A stretch of 64,000 nt of DNA from Terriglobia bacterium (lineage in GTDB: Bacteria; Acidobacteriota; Terriglobia; 20CM-2-55-15): the NCBI GenBank assembly GCA_965263045.1, contig CBDHGK010000041.1, positions 5,894,002 to 5,958,001 on the forward strand. Reading direction: 5' to 3'. The notes beneath the pieces were generated by a model. The model was not told the origin of the DNA and did not search any database. It worked only from the letters and a program-made list of their open reading frames with translations. Made by a program: the position numbers and the translations under genes. Positions 16,940 through 26,826 of the stretch are shown here, in pieces; the first letter of the stretch is position 1; each line of letters starts with the position of its first letter.

Positions 16940-19012
16940 ATGAAAAATAAGGACAAACGGTGGCAGCGGTCGGTGACATTCAAGTGGCTCATTGCGGCAC
17001 TCGGCATGCTGGTTATTGCGCCAACAGCGGTCTTGTCCCAGGGACCGGGAGTCGAGAACGGGCAGTGGTCCTACATCGGCGGGGACGCCTGGCACACACG
17101 CTACACCCAGGCGAGTGAGATCAATTCCTCCAACTTCGAAAACATGGAGGTCGTCTGGGAGTGGAACGCGGCGAGTTTCGGCTCAAGTACCCCGCGGTCA
17201 ACACCCACCTACGTCGACGGTAAGTTGATCACGGTCACCGGCGAGCGTCGGCATATCGTGGCTCTAGATCCCGAAACGGGAGAGCTTCTCTGGAGTTATT
17301 CTGAGCCGATGACCGCGCGCTACGAGTACTCCATGCGAAAGGGTTACGGAAAAGGGATCGCGTACGGTGAGATCGACGGCCGCGGCGTCGTATTTCTAGC
17401 GACACCCGCATTTTTCCTCCACGCCATCGATGCCGAGACCGGCCTGCACCTTGAAAACTGGGGCACGAGGATAGGGCTGGAGGGCTTCCCGGAGACGGGC
17501 GTCGTGGATCTGCTGCCACCCCTTATCGCGGATTGGGACCGGTGGCTGGAATCCGGCGAAGAGTACGATCCTTATTACGGAATCCCCCTGGAGCTGGGCT
17601 ACATCACGGCATCGTCCCCGCCCATTGTTGTGAATGGCACCGTCGTCGTGGGGAACTCCGCGGAGCAGGGGTACAACCAGACCCGCATCGAGAACGTTCC
17701 CGGCGACATCCTCGCGTTCGATGCGCGGACCGGCCAGTACAAGTGGAAGTTCCACGTCATCCCGCGACCGGGTGAGTTGGGACACGAGACGTGGGAGAAC
17801 GATGCCTGGCAGTGGACGGGCGATGTCTCGTCCTGGGCGCCGCTATCCGCCGATCCGGAGCTCGGGTTGGTCTACGTTCCGACGAATGGTCCCACCATCG
17901 ATTACTATGGCGGGTTCCATCCCGGGGATAACTTATTCGGCACGAGTCTGATCGCTCTCGATGTCGAGACCGGTAACCGGGCCTGGCATTACCAACTGGT
18001 TCACCACGACATTTGGAACTACGACACCCCGACGGCGCCAATACTGATGGACGTGACGGTCGACGGGGATGAGATCCCCGGCGTCTTTCAGGTCACCAAA
18101 CAGTCGTTCGTTTACGCTTTCAACCGGGAGACCGGTGAGCCGATCTGGCCCATCGAAGAACGGCCCGTACCGCAATCCCGGGTACCCGGTGAGCAGCTCT
18201 CTGCAACGCAACCGTTTCCGACCCGACCGGCGCCGTTCGACATCCAGGGGAGAACTGAGGAACACCTCATCGACTTTACGCCCGAGATTAAACGCAGGGC
18301 GATGGAAGTGGCGCTCGAGAACAACCTGTTCGTCCCCCTGTTCAGCCCGCCGACCCATGTCGGCGACCCGGAACTGGTGGTGCCGGCCCGGGCGTGTCCG
18401 GGCGGGGGCGGCGGCGCGAACATTACCGGACCGCCTGTCGCCGATCCGGTGGCGGGCGTAATCTTCATCAACTCGCAAAGCGCATGCACCACGATCCATC
18501 TCGCACCGGCGTCGGACTCTCCATTGGACGGACCCGCGCAGACGGGGACCAACCACTCCGACTACTCGAGAGCGATCGACGTGGAAGCCCCGCCCAGAAC
18601 GGAGACCCTGGATGGGCTCTCAATCTGGAGGGGACCGGTCGGGCGGATCACGGCGATCGATATGAATACAGGGGAACACCTCTGGGTGGTCCCGCACGGG
18701 GATGCGCCTCGAGAGCAACAGGAGCTGATCCGGAATCACCCGTTGCTCCAGGGGATCGAGGGTGTTCCGGCGAATCCCGGCCGCCTCGGCCAGGCCGCTA
18801 TGTTGACGACGCCGACGCTGCTGCTTGCTTCAGGTCAGACCAGCGATGGCGCGCCGCACCTGTTCGCAATCGACAAGCAGACCGGTGAGCGTGTCGGGGC
18901 TGTGGAGATACCGGACGTTTCGCGGTACGGCATGTCGAGTTGGGTCCACGAAGGACGCCAGTACGTCATCGTTCAGCTCGAAGACGGTCTGGCGGCGATG
19001 GCGTTGCGCTGA
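16940..19012 (+). CDS. PQQ-dependent dehydrogenase, methanol/ethanol family (paralogue of 14143..16167)
   Basis: Signal peptide from MKNKDKRW..., AWHYQLVHHDIWNYD block and the same domain order as the divergent neighbour. Confidence 0.8.
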   Translation: MKNKDKRWQRSVTFKWLIAALGMLVIAPTAVLSQGPGVENGQWSYIGGDAWHTRYTQASEINSSNFENMEVVWEWNAASFGSSTPRSTPTYVDGKLITVTGERRHIVALDPETGELLWSYSEPMTARYEYSMRKGYGKGIAYGEIDGRGVVFLATPAFFLHAIDAETGLHLENWGTRIGLEGFPETGVVDLLPPLIADWDRWLESGEEYDPYYGIPLELGYITASSPPIVVNGTVVVGNSAEQGYNQTRIENVPGDILAFDARTGQYKWKFHVIPRPGELGHETWENDAWQWTGDVSSWAPLSADPELGLVYVPTNGPTIDYYGGFHPGDNLFGTSLIALDVETGNRAWHYQLVHHDIWNYDTPTAPILMDVTVDGDEIPGVFQVTKQSFVYAFNRETGEPIWPIEERPVPQSRVPGEQLSATQPFPTRPAPFDIQGRTEEHLIDFTPEIKRRAMEVALENNLFVPLFSPPTHVGDPELVVPARACPGGGGGANITGPPVADPVAGVIFINSQSACTTIHLAPASDSPLDGPAQTGTNHSDYSRAIDVEAPPRTETLDGLSIWRGPVGRITAIDMNTGEHLWVVPHGDAPREQQELIRNHPLLQGIEGVPANPGRLGQAAMLTTPTLLLASGQTSDGAPHLFAIDKQTGERVGAVEIPDVSRYGMSSWVHEGRQYVIVQLEDGLAAMALR

Positions 19013-19140
19013 TTCAATCGGCGCCGGAGAAGATTCAGAAACCAACAGAGATTCTCAGAACTGGATGTGGGTCACGCTGGCGGGTCCGTCCCCGCCGTGC
19101 ACCGACTCTGAACGGACTCGAGACGTGAAGGAGAAGAAAA

Positions 19141-20289
19141 ATGAGTGACATGCGATGGTTGTTCCTCACCCGATGCGGCGTGGCGCTCGCGGCCACCTCG
19201 TCCCTGATGCTCGCCGCGTGCGCCCCCAATCCGCCGCCTGAGCCAGAAATGGGAACAGGCGCCCCGACGGCGACGACCTCGAGTGAATTCGTCGACCGCC
19301 AGCTACCGAACCCCACGGGTGAGGTGATGCTGAACTGGGCACCGCTTCCGGATGGTCGGGAGTGGGGATCGACGGCCGGCATCGACATCGGTCCCGATGG
19401 GCATATCTGGACTTACGACCGTTGCGGCGGGCTGGCGCTGGCAGGCGGTTGCGAGGAGAATCCCGATCGGGATCCGATCTTCAAGTTCAACAAGGACACC
19501 GGCGAGATGATGACGAGCTTTGGCGCGGGGCTTTTCGTACTCCCGCATGGGCTCCACGTCGATGCAGAGGGAAACGTCTGGGTTACCGACTCCCAGGGCA
19601 ACGAGGCCGGGACGAAGGGGCATCAGGTCATCAAGTTCAGCGCGGACGGCGAGGAACTCCTGCGCCTGGGGACGCCCGGACAACCGGGCAGCGGTCCCGG
19701 TCAACTTAACGAGCCGTGCGACGTGATCACGGCGCCGAACGGTGACATTTTCGTCTCCGACGGGCATAGCGGCCAGAGTCCGGATCCGCCTCCGGGCGCC
19801 ACGGGGCGCATCCTGAAATTTGACAGTGAGGGCAACTTCATCACCTCGTGGGGCGAACTCGGTTTCAGGCCCGGCCAGTTCCGCACGCCGCACGCGCTGG
19901 AGTTCGATTCCGAGGGCCGACTGTATGTGGCCGACCGCGGCAATCATCGGATTCAAATCTTCAGCCAGGACGGCGAGTTGCTCGACACGTATTTGCACTA
20001 CAGCCGGGTCAGCGGGCTGTTCATCACGGACGACGACACGCTCTACGCGATCGATTCGGAATCTGACGCCCAGCGCCATCCGGGATGGCGCACCGGGGTG
20101 CGAATCGGTCCCGCGGGCGAGGACCGCGTGACGGCCTTCGTGCCACCCCACGCCCACGACACACGCGTATTGCAGGGTGTGGCCGGCGAAGGCGTGGCGG
20201 TTGATGCGGACGGCAACATCTACGCCGCAGAAGGCCCCGGATCGCGTCCGGTCGCCGGCGGTGGCATCACGAAGTACGTGGTCCCGTAG
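19141..20289 (+). CDS. NHL-repeat beta-propeller lipoprotein
   Basis: Lipobox (LMLAAC). Repeated NHL-like units (GQFRTPHALEFDSEGRLYVADRGNHRIQIF). Confidence 0.7.
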   Translation: MSDMRWLFLTRCGVALAATSSLMLAACAPNPPPEPEMGTGAPTATTSSEFVDRQLPNPTGEVMLNWAPLPDGREWGSTAGIDIGPDGHIWTYDRCGGLALAGGCEENPDRDPIFKFNKDTGEMMTSFGAGLFVLPHGLHVDAEGNVWVTDSQGNEAGTKGHQVIKFSADGEELLRLGTPGQPGSGPGQLNEPCDVITAPNGDIFVSDGHSGQSPDPPPGATGRILKFDSEGNFITSWGELGFRPGQFRTPHALEFDSEGRLYVADRGNHRIQIFSQDGELLDTYLHYSRVSGLFITDDDTLYAIDSESDAQRHPGWRTGVRIGPAGEDRVTAFVPPHAHDTRVLQGVAGEGVAVDADGNIYAAEGPGSRPVAGGGITKYVVP

Positions 20290-20583
20290 GCCACGCACGC
20301 ACTCGCTCGGCCGACGGGCGTCAAGGTTACGCCCGCCATCCAGGAGGACTGTCTCACGGCGGCCCGGGCGGGCGCTATCTTCACTTTGGACCTTGAAAAA
20401 AATCGGGTCGCCGCGGATTCGCTGGCTTTCGCTTTCCGGATCGACCCGTTCGCCCGCAACTGCCAACTGGCCGGCATCGACGACCTCGAGTATATCCTCC
20501 GGCATGAGGACGCGATCAAGGCCTTCGAGGCCAGGAACGATTAATCTGGGGACGGCGACCGAATACGGTCTCTGTCCCGAATG

Positions 20584-21924
20584 TCAGTAGGACGCAGCGA
20601 TCGACTCGAGCCGCTGCTGGATGTCGGCTTCAGGTATCCACTGCCCGCGAACCATCACGCCCCGACGCTGGGCGACGTGGCCCACATCCTCGAGGGGGTT
20701 GGCTTCCACAAGAATCAGGTCGGCGCGCGCGCCGACGCTGATCGTTCCGAAATCATCTTCGTTACCGAAGTACTCCCCGACAGCCCGCGTGCCGGAAGCG
20801 ATCACCTGGTAAGGCGACATGCCGGCCTCGACCATCCGCTCCATCTCTCGATGAATGGAGAAGCCCGGGACGCTGAAGACCTGTGGCGAATCGGTCCCGA
20901 GCATGATGCGTGCACCTCCCTCGTGCAGCGCCGTGAGGACGCGCATCCGGTTGGCGATCAACCTCCGAGCTGCGGCAGGGTCGAAGGCTGGATCGCCGAG
21001 AGCCCGGTCGATCCGCACCGTCCACTGCTCGACCATTGCCGGCGGCATGTACTTTGTTTCAGGATACGACACGACGGTTTCGCGCGGGATCGTGCCCCGG
21101 AGAACCTCCCATAGCGCCATTGTCGGTACGGCCCATGCACCGGCTTCTCGCGTCATCTCCACGACTTCCGCCAGACGGGCCTCGTCGAGATTCCCCGCCA
21201 CATCGGCCAGATACTGCACGTAACCGTCCAAGTGGTCGAAGGTCTCCTGGCCCGACTCGATTGCATGAATCAGGCCGACATCGGCCGGCACATGCCCCCC
21301 GAAGCGAATCCCCTCTTCGTGGGCTGTCTGAGCCATCGCGTCGTAAGTGGGAACGCTCAAACCGTTCTGAACCTTCAGCAGATGCCAACCCTCTGATTTC
21401 TGCGTCCGGACTCTCTCGATGGCGGCGTCGGGCGAGGTGACACTCTCGCCGTTGAAGCTGGGGCCAGCCAGATACAGACTGGGTCCTACCAGCTCCCCGG
21501 CATTCACGCGGTTTCGCAGCGCAATTTGGCCATCCCTACCCTGCATCCCGCGGACTGTGGTGACGCCGTTGGCAACATAGAGGAAAAGGACGTCTTCGGT
21601 GAGCTGCTGTGGCTGGTCCGGCCCTGGAATATGGCCATGCATTTCACCGAGTCCCGGCATCAGATACAGGCCGTTCCCATCGATGCGCGCTGCATTGGCG
21701 GGTACATCAACGCTTTCGGCCGGCCCGACGGCCACAATTCGATCCTCGCGCGTGAGGACGGTCTGACCCGGAACAACCTGTTCGAAGTCCATCCGCACGA
21801 GATTGACGTCGATAAACGCGAGGCCGGAACCGCCCGCATCGGTCGCAGGCGGAGCCTCGGCCGGCGCGCACGACACAGCCAGTATGACAAGTCCAGTCAG
21901 GAAGACAGGCAGTTTGACATTCAT
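20584..21924 (-). CDS. Amidohydrolase family protein (metal-dependent hydrolase), lipoprotein
   Basis: GEMHGHIPGP metal-binding HxH block. Amidohydrolase-like sequence throughout. N-terminal signal with Cys lipobox. Confidence 0.75.
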   Translation of the reverse strand: MNVKLPVFLTGLVILAVSCAPAEAPPATDAGGSGLAFIDVNLVRMDFEQVVPGQTVLTREDRIVAVGPAESVDVPANAARIDGNGLYLMPGLGEMHGHIPGPDQPQQLTEDVLFLYVANGVTTVRGMQGRDGQIALRNRVNAGELVGPSLYLAGPSFNGESVTSPDAAIERVRTQKSEGWHLLKVQNGLSVPTYDAMAQTAHEEGIRFGGHVPADVGLIHAIESGQETFDHLDGYVQYLADVAGNLDEARLAEVVEMTREAGAWAVPTMALWEVLRGTIPRETVVSYPETKYMPPAMVEQWTVRIDRALGDPAFDPAAARRLIANRMRVLTALHEGGARIMLGTDSPQVFSVPGFSIHREMERMVEAGMSPYQVIASGTRAVGEYFGNEDDFGTISVGARADLILVEANPLEDVGHVAQRRGVMVRGQWIPEADIQQRLESIAASY

Positions 21925-22035
21925 TCGAACCTCCGCGATTCAGAGTGGGAAGGACCTACGATTTCACAGGATGGTGAAGGCGTCAAACAATAGTCACCAA
22001 TTCTGGAAGGATCGCCGGGAGGGAATCGAGATCGG

Positions 22036-22270
22036 CTATGTCGGTGTGCGAAGACCGTTCGGCGCGAAAGCGGTCCACGTTCTGGTCCAGGGTGCCAATT
22101 GAACTTTCACGAAGTTGGCATAGACTGCGTAGAGCGCAACCATCCACTTGTGATTCTCGAACTTCTTCCTGAATCCCTTGGTCAGGCGAGTGAACCAACG
22201 CATGTGCATGCGCATGGTGAGGTTCTGGCGGTCTACATGTGACCTTGAAATTTGCTTGGGATCCGAGCTT
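22036..22270 (-). pseudogene. C-terminal remnant of an IS transposase (resembles the IS1595/ISXO2-like C-terminus)
   Basis: ...MRMHMRWFTRLTKGFRKKFENHKWMVALYAVYANFVKVQLAPWTRTWTAFAPNGL matches the conserved transposase C-terminal tail. Nothing transposase-like lies upstream of it. It sits in a lower-GC patch. Confidence 0.4.
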
Positions 22271-22383
22271 TCGTATCGAGAGGTTTCTTGCAAATGAATT
22301 CCACCTGTAGTTAGATTTCCGCGATGACACGGACACCCGGTTCGATGATGGCAGCCGGCATACCGCTCAAAGGAGGCAATGTC

Positions 22384-23880
22384 ATGAAGTCTGGCGCATG
22401 GAAGGTCGACCGACGTCTTCTCGGCTGGCTCGCCCTGTTCTGTTTGGGAGCCTGCGGCGGACCTGCTCCCGAAGGACCGTACCAGGCCACGGGGATGAAG
22501 ATCGGAGAAGTGACCGATACACAGGCAATCGTCTGGACCCGGCTGACCCGGTCTCAGCAACGCGTTGGCAGCGAAGCCCCCATGCCGGAGTTTCTATATC
22601 GGACCCCCGGGAACGATGCACTCGTCGAGGCGGCCGGAGGCCCGTCTTTTCCCGTCGACTGGGTGCCCGTCGTCCAGTATCCGGATGGTTTTACGATTGA
22701 TACGATCGAGGGCGCGGTCACCGGCGCTTCAGGCGAAACACGGGTGCTGTACCGGGCGGGTGATTCAGACAACTGGCAATCGACGGATTGGGCAGCGGTG
22801 GACAACGGGCGGGACTTCACCCGCCAGTTCACCTTGACGGGCCTCTTGCCCGCGACGGAGTACGCACTGCGCGTCGAGGCGCGCCGCTCCGAGAGTGAGA
22901 TAGTTGGTTCATCGCTCGATGGCCGGTTTCGAACGGCGCCGTCACCGGATCAGCCCGCGCGACTCGTTTTTGCAGCGACCACCGGGACGGAGTACCCGGA
23001 TCAGGATGCACCCGGGGGCGGCTTCAGAATTCACCAGTCCATGATGGATCTGGGCGTCGATTTCTTCGTGCACACCGGGGACATTCTGTACTACGACCGC
23101 TGGGCGAAGAGCGTTGATCTTGCGCGCTGGGGCTGGGCGCGGATGTTCAGCCTCCCGACCCATCTCGAATTTCACCGGCAGGTTCCGACCTACTTCATGA
23201 AAGACGACCACGATACGTGGCAGAACGACACGTGGCCAACCCATGAGAGTCTCTTCATGGGTGACTTCACGTTTCAGAACGGGCTGGATACGTTCAGGGA
23301 ACAGGTTCCGATGGGTGATCGAACCTACCGGACGTTTCGGTGGGGCCAGGATGTACAGATCTGGCTTGTTGAAGGTAGGGACTACCGTAGCGCGAATCCG
23401 GACCCGGACGGGCCGGAAAAGACGATCTGGGGAGCGGAGCAGAAAGCGTGGTTTAAAGATACCGTCGAGGCCTCTGATGCCGCTTTCCGCATCCTGATCA
23501 GCCCGACGCCTTTCGTGGGCCCGGATGCCCCGGACAAATCCGACAGTCATGCCAACGATGCATTTACTACCGAGGCCCGTGAGCTCAGGGCGTTTCTGAC
23601 CGAGCACGACATGATCGTCATTTGTGGTGACCGCCACTGGCAGTATGTTTCGGTGCACGAGGAAACCGGGTTGAGAGAGTTCGCAACCGGGGCGGCCAGC
23701 GATGAGCACGCCGGTGGCTGGACGCCCGGTGATGTACGCCCCGAGCATCGATACCTCAATGTCGTCGGAGGTTTCCTGTCAGTCACGGCCCAACGCCGCG
23801 AGGATACGCCGACCCTGACGCTGCGCAACCACGGCGTCGACGGCGAAGTCCTCAACGAAACCGAACTCGGCACTGAGTAG
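22384..23880 (+). CDS. PhoD-like phosphatase / alkaline phosphatase D family lipoprotein
   Basis: Lipobox LFCLGACGG. PhoD-like metallophosphatase blocks (FVHTGDILYYD, ICGDRHWQY). Confidence 0.65.
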   Translation: MKSGAWKVDRRLLGWLALFCLGACGGPAPEGPYQATGMKIGEVTDTQAIVWTRLTRSQQRVGSEAPMPEFLYRTPGNDALVEAAGGPSFPVDWVPVVQYPDGFTIDTIEGAVTGASGETRVLYRAGDSDNWQSTDWAAVDNGRDFTRQFTLTGLLPATEYALRVEARRSESEIVGSSLDGRFRTAPSPDQPARLVFAATTGTEYPDQDAPGGGFRIHQSMMDLGVDFFVHTGDILYYDRWAKSVDLARWGWARMFSLPTHLEFHRQVPTYFMKDDHDTWQNDTWPTHESLFMGDFTFQNGLDTFREQVPMGDRTYRTFRWGQDVQIWLVEGRDYRSANPDPDGPEKTIWGAEQKAWFKDTVEASDAAFRILISPTPFVGPDAPDKSDSHANDAFTTEARELRAFLTEHDMIVICGDRHWQYVSVHEETGLREFATGAASDEHAGGWTPGDVRPEHRYLNVVGGFLSVTAQRREDTPTLTLRNHGVDGEVLNETELGTE

Positions 23881-24266
23881 CTTCAGAATCATCGACGTAA
23901 GGTGGATGCGGTTGACTGGTGCTGGGTTGCACTGCGCTACCGCAGGGCTCGCCCCGTCGTTAAATCTCACGCGGAGATCGTCCAAGCCGGAAGCACCCGA
24001 GCAAATATGGAGGTAACCGAGCGGTTGAGGCTGTTGCTTAAGGGCTGCGACAGTTCGTGACGGCACGACTGCCCACAACCGTTGCCAAACAGTTCGGATC
24101 TTGGCAAACGGCAGTTCATGGGACGCGCGCAGTCGGGTAGGGTTCCCGATGACGTTATCCGCCTGGAAGTGTCACCGGGAGCAGGGCATAGTGGCTCCCG
24201 CGCCGTCATCTTATTAGACGATGCGGCTCGGGAACCACTCTGGACTTCGGTGCTGGCCGTGGTGGC

Positions 24267-25211
24267 TTAAGCCGCGGGTGCGCGTACGTACTGGTTAAAC
24301 CAGTAAATGGTCCGCGTCCAGGCCTGTTCCGCCGTCACCTTGTTGTATCGTTCCGGCGTGGCGTCGTTGAAGAAACCATGCACGGAATCGGGATAGATGT
24401 GGCCTTCATGCGGGATGTTGTTGCTCCGCAATGCCGCTTCATAAGCGGGATAGGCGCTGACCAGGCGTTCATCGAGCCCGCCGTGGTGGATGAGCATCGC
24501 CGCCGAGATTCTCGGGACGTCCGCAATATCGGGCCCGCCGCCATAAAATGGGGCTGCTGCTGCCAGATCCGGCCCCAGCAGCACAGCCAGCGTATTGGAC
24601 ATGCCCCCGCCGAAGCAGAAACCGGTTACGCCGATGTTCCCGTTGCTGTCTGGACGCGCTTTCAGCCACTGTGCGGCGGCGACGAAGTCCTGTGTCAACC
24701 TCGCGCGGTCGATCCCACGAAACATCTGGCCGCCTCTGTAGTCGTCGTCAGGATAACCGCCTACCGTCGCCAGGGCATCCGGCGCAAACGCCATGAAGTT
24801 CTCCAGCGCGAATCGCCGTGCAACGTCCTCGGTGTGCGGGTTGAGTCCCCGATTCTCGTGAATGACGAGGATTCCGGGCAGCTGGGATGGGGTGTCGCTG
24901 CGCGAAGTGGCGCTGAAGGGTTTCACAAGATAGCCCGAGATATAGCCATTCCCATCGGGTGAGGGCACGGTCTCATACGAGGCCCGAATCCGCTCGTCAT
25001 CCCTGCGAACCTGCTGCCCCAGTGCATAGTTCGGCATCAAAGCCTTAACAATCGCCGCAGCCGTCAGCCCGGCGACGGCAAATCGCTGGACCTTGGATAA
25101 AAACTCACGACGATCGATCTCGCCGTGAATGTAGCGTGTGTACAGTTCGACCGCTTCCGCGGGTATTTTCTTCTGTTCCATTGCTGGCTCCTTTTGTTCC
25201 GTAGCTTCCAT
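24267..25211 (-). CDS. Dienelactone hydrolase family protein with a Tat-type signal
   Basis: RREFLSKVQRFAVAGLTAAAIV twin-arginine motif. Alpha/beta-hydrolase blocks (GVTGFCFGG). Two in-frame ATGs (25211, 25181) lie inside a 30-bp tandem duplication. Confidence 0.75.
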   Translation of the reverse strand: MEATEQKEPAMEQKKIPAEAVELYTRYIHGEIDRREFLSKVQRFAVAGLTAAAIVKALMPNYALGQQVRRDDERIRASYETVPSPDGNGYISGYLVKPFSATSRSDTPSQLPGILVIHENRGLNPHTEDVARRFALENFMAFAPDALATVGGYPDDDYRGGQMFRGIDRARLTQDFVAAAQWLKARPDSNGNIGVTGFCFGGGMSNTLAVLLGPDLAAAAPFYGGGPDIADVPRISAAMLIHHGGLDERLVSAYPAYEAALRSNNIPHEGHIYPDSVHGFFNDATPERYNKVTAEQAWTRTIYWFNQYVRAPAA

Positions 25212-25565
25212 TGCTGGCTCCTTTCACCCGGACGAGGATATCATTGCCCGCGCTACTTCTGAACCCTGTAACTCAATTGATCGTTTGTGGCTCTCGGTAC
25301 CATCCGAAACGGGACCGGAGACACAGTGTCCTGACGGGAATAGCGAGGCGCGAGTCAGCGGTCGATGTCCCCATATCGACGACTCCTCGCAACGAAGATT
25401 TCGCCGGCTGACTCTGTCGGCCCGAGACTTCAGGCGACCCGTGTTGACCGATCGATATCGATGACGGCGGCGGTCAATTGCGAGGGCTTGAGAGTTTGAT
25501 TGCGTCTAATTTCTTCCCCGAGTATTCTTTATCGAGTTTTCCATCCGGCGCGTAAGCCGCACCCT

Positions 25566-26705
25566 ATGACTCTTAAATCAGGCACAAAGTTGGCAACGGC
25601 CCTCGCTCTGATTCTCCTTCCGGTGGCCCTCAGCCTCGTGTACCGGAACCTGACCGCGTTCCCGGCAGAGATCACAATTGTGACCGGGCCTGAAGGGGGC
25701 AAATACGCTCCGTTGAGCGCGAATTTCGCCGCTGAGATCGAGGAGCAGCTCTCTGTAAGGGTCAACGAGGTTCAAACCAACGGTTCACTTGAGAACCTGC
25801 TGTCTCTTGAATCGGGCATGGCGGATCTGGGACTGTACCAACCGGGTACGCTTGAAATGTTCGAACGATATCTGCCGGGTACTGTGGAACAGGCGAGAGC
25901 CGCGCTTGCGAATTCCGCGGGGAGCATAGATGTATCCGTCGTGGCCAACCTGTACTCGCAGCCCGCACATTTCTTTGTTCGCCGCGCGGCCGGCATCAGC
26001 AGCCCGGCCGATCTGGAAGGAAAGAGTGTCGCGGTCGGGTTAGAACCGTCCGGAGACAGGGCCATGAGCCTCGTGATCCTGGATCACTTCAGTCTGATTG
26101 GGGAAGTTAGAAGTATGGAGTTGCCCTACACGGAAGTTCAGCAGGGATTTCGCGACGGCACACTGGATGCCGCCTTCATCACGTTAGGCTCAGACGCCCA
26201 GGTTTTTGCAGATCTGGCGGCTTTAGACGACGTCGAGTTGATCGGTGTGCCAACGGCGTCAGCCCTCGCAACCAGGTATCAGTTCATTTATACCTACGAT
26301 ATTCCGGCCGGACGACACCGGGTCCGCCCGCGTCAAGTGCCGGACTCTGACATTCAGACGGTGGCGGCAGGGGCGCAGCTGCTGGCCAGGACGGACCTGC
26401 ACCCGGGCCTAGTGGAGGAGATTGCGAGGATTGCCCTGAGCCAGACATTTTCAAAGTCCAACAGGCTGGACGAACTGGCCGAGGGAGGCCGGAATTTTGC
26501 GCTCGGACGACCTGACTTTCCGATTCACGCCGGCGCAAGGAACTTCTACGAACCCGGATCCCGCCCGGTCCGTTTGTTTGACGAGGCGATGGCAGGGGTC
26601 CGGCCGGCTGTGATGTCGGTCGCAATTGCCATAATCGTGCTATTGGGATGGCGTCGGGAAAAAAGACTGGAAAAGGAAGCACAAGACCTGACGATGTATC
26701 CTTGA
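25566..26705 (+). CDS. TAXI-family TRAP transporter solute receptor-like protein
   Basis: Signal peptide. ITIVTGPEGGKYAPLSANFAAEIE resembles TAXI receptors. There is a C-terminal TM helix. Confidence 0.5.
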   Translation: MTLKSGTKLATALALILLPVALSLVYRNLTAFPAEITIVTGPEGGKYAPLSANFAAEIEEQLSVRVNEVQTNGSLENLLSLESGMADLGLYQPGTLEMFERYLPGTVEQARAALANSAGSIDVSVVANLYSQPAHFFVRRAAGISSPADLEGKSVAVGLEPSGDRAMSLVILDHFSLIGEVRSMELPYTEVQQGFRDGTLDAAFITLGSDAQVFADLAALDDVELIGVPTASALATRYQFIYTYDIPAGRHRVRPRQVPDSDIQTVAAGAQLLARTDLHPGLVEEIARIALSQTFSKSNRLDELAEGGRNFALGRPDFPIHAGARNFYEPGSRPVRLFDEAMAGVRPAVMSVAIAIIVLLGWRREKRLEKEAQDLTMYP

Positions 26706-26826
26706 CCGGCTGGTCCTGGGGAGTGTGCGCCGCCAAGCGACAGGCGCCCCCCCCCCAGTGCCGCCTTGCGACCCGCCGGAATCGGGCGCTGCGATGACCG
26801 TTCCTGTTGCCCGTTGACCTGCCTCT

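Noticed and set aside
16672-17007. 111-aa minus-strand ORF in the dehydrogenase intergenic region, checked as a possible pqqA-like peptide or small regulator
   Set aside because: It has no PqqA E-x3-Y signature. It overlaps the start region of the plus-strand dehydrogenase. No support.
19303-20505. 400-aa minus-strand ORF covering the NHL-repeat gene
   Set aside because: It is antisense to a gene with a lipobox and clear NHL repeats, and it has an Arg/Gly-rich artefact composition.
22036-22560. Full 174-aa minus-strand ORF call
   Set aside because: Only the C-terminal ~70 aa are transposase-like. The N-terminal part overlaps the PhoD gene start on the other strand and looks non-coding. It is reported as a remnant instead.
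24378-24962. 194-aa plus-strand ORF inside the dienelactone hydrolase gene
   Set aside because: It is the antisense frame of a well-supported alpha/beta-hydrolase gene.
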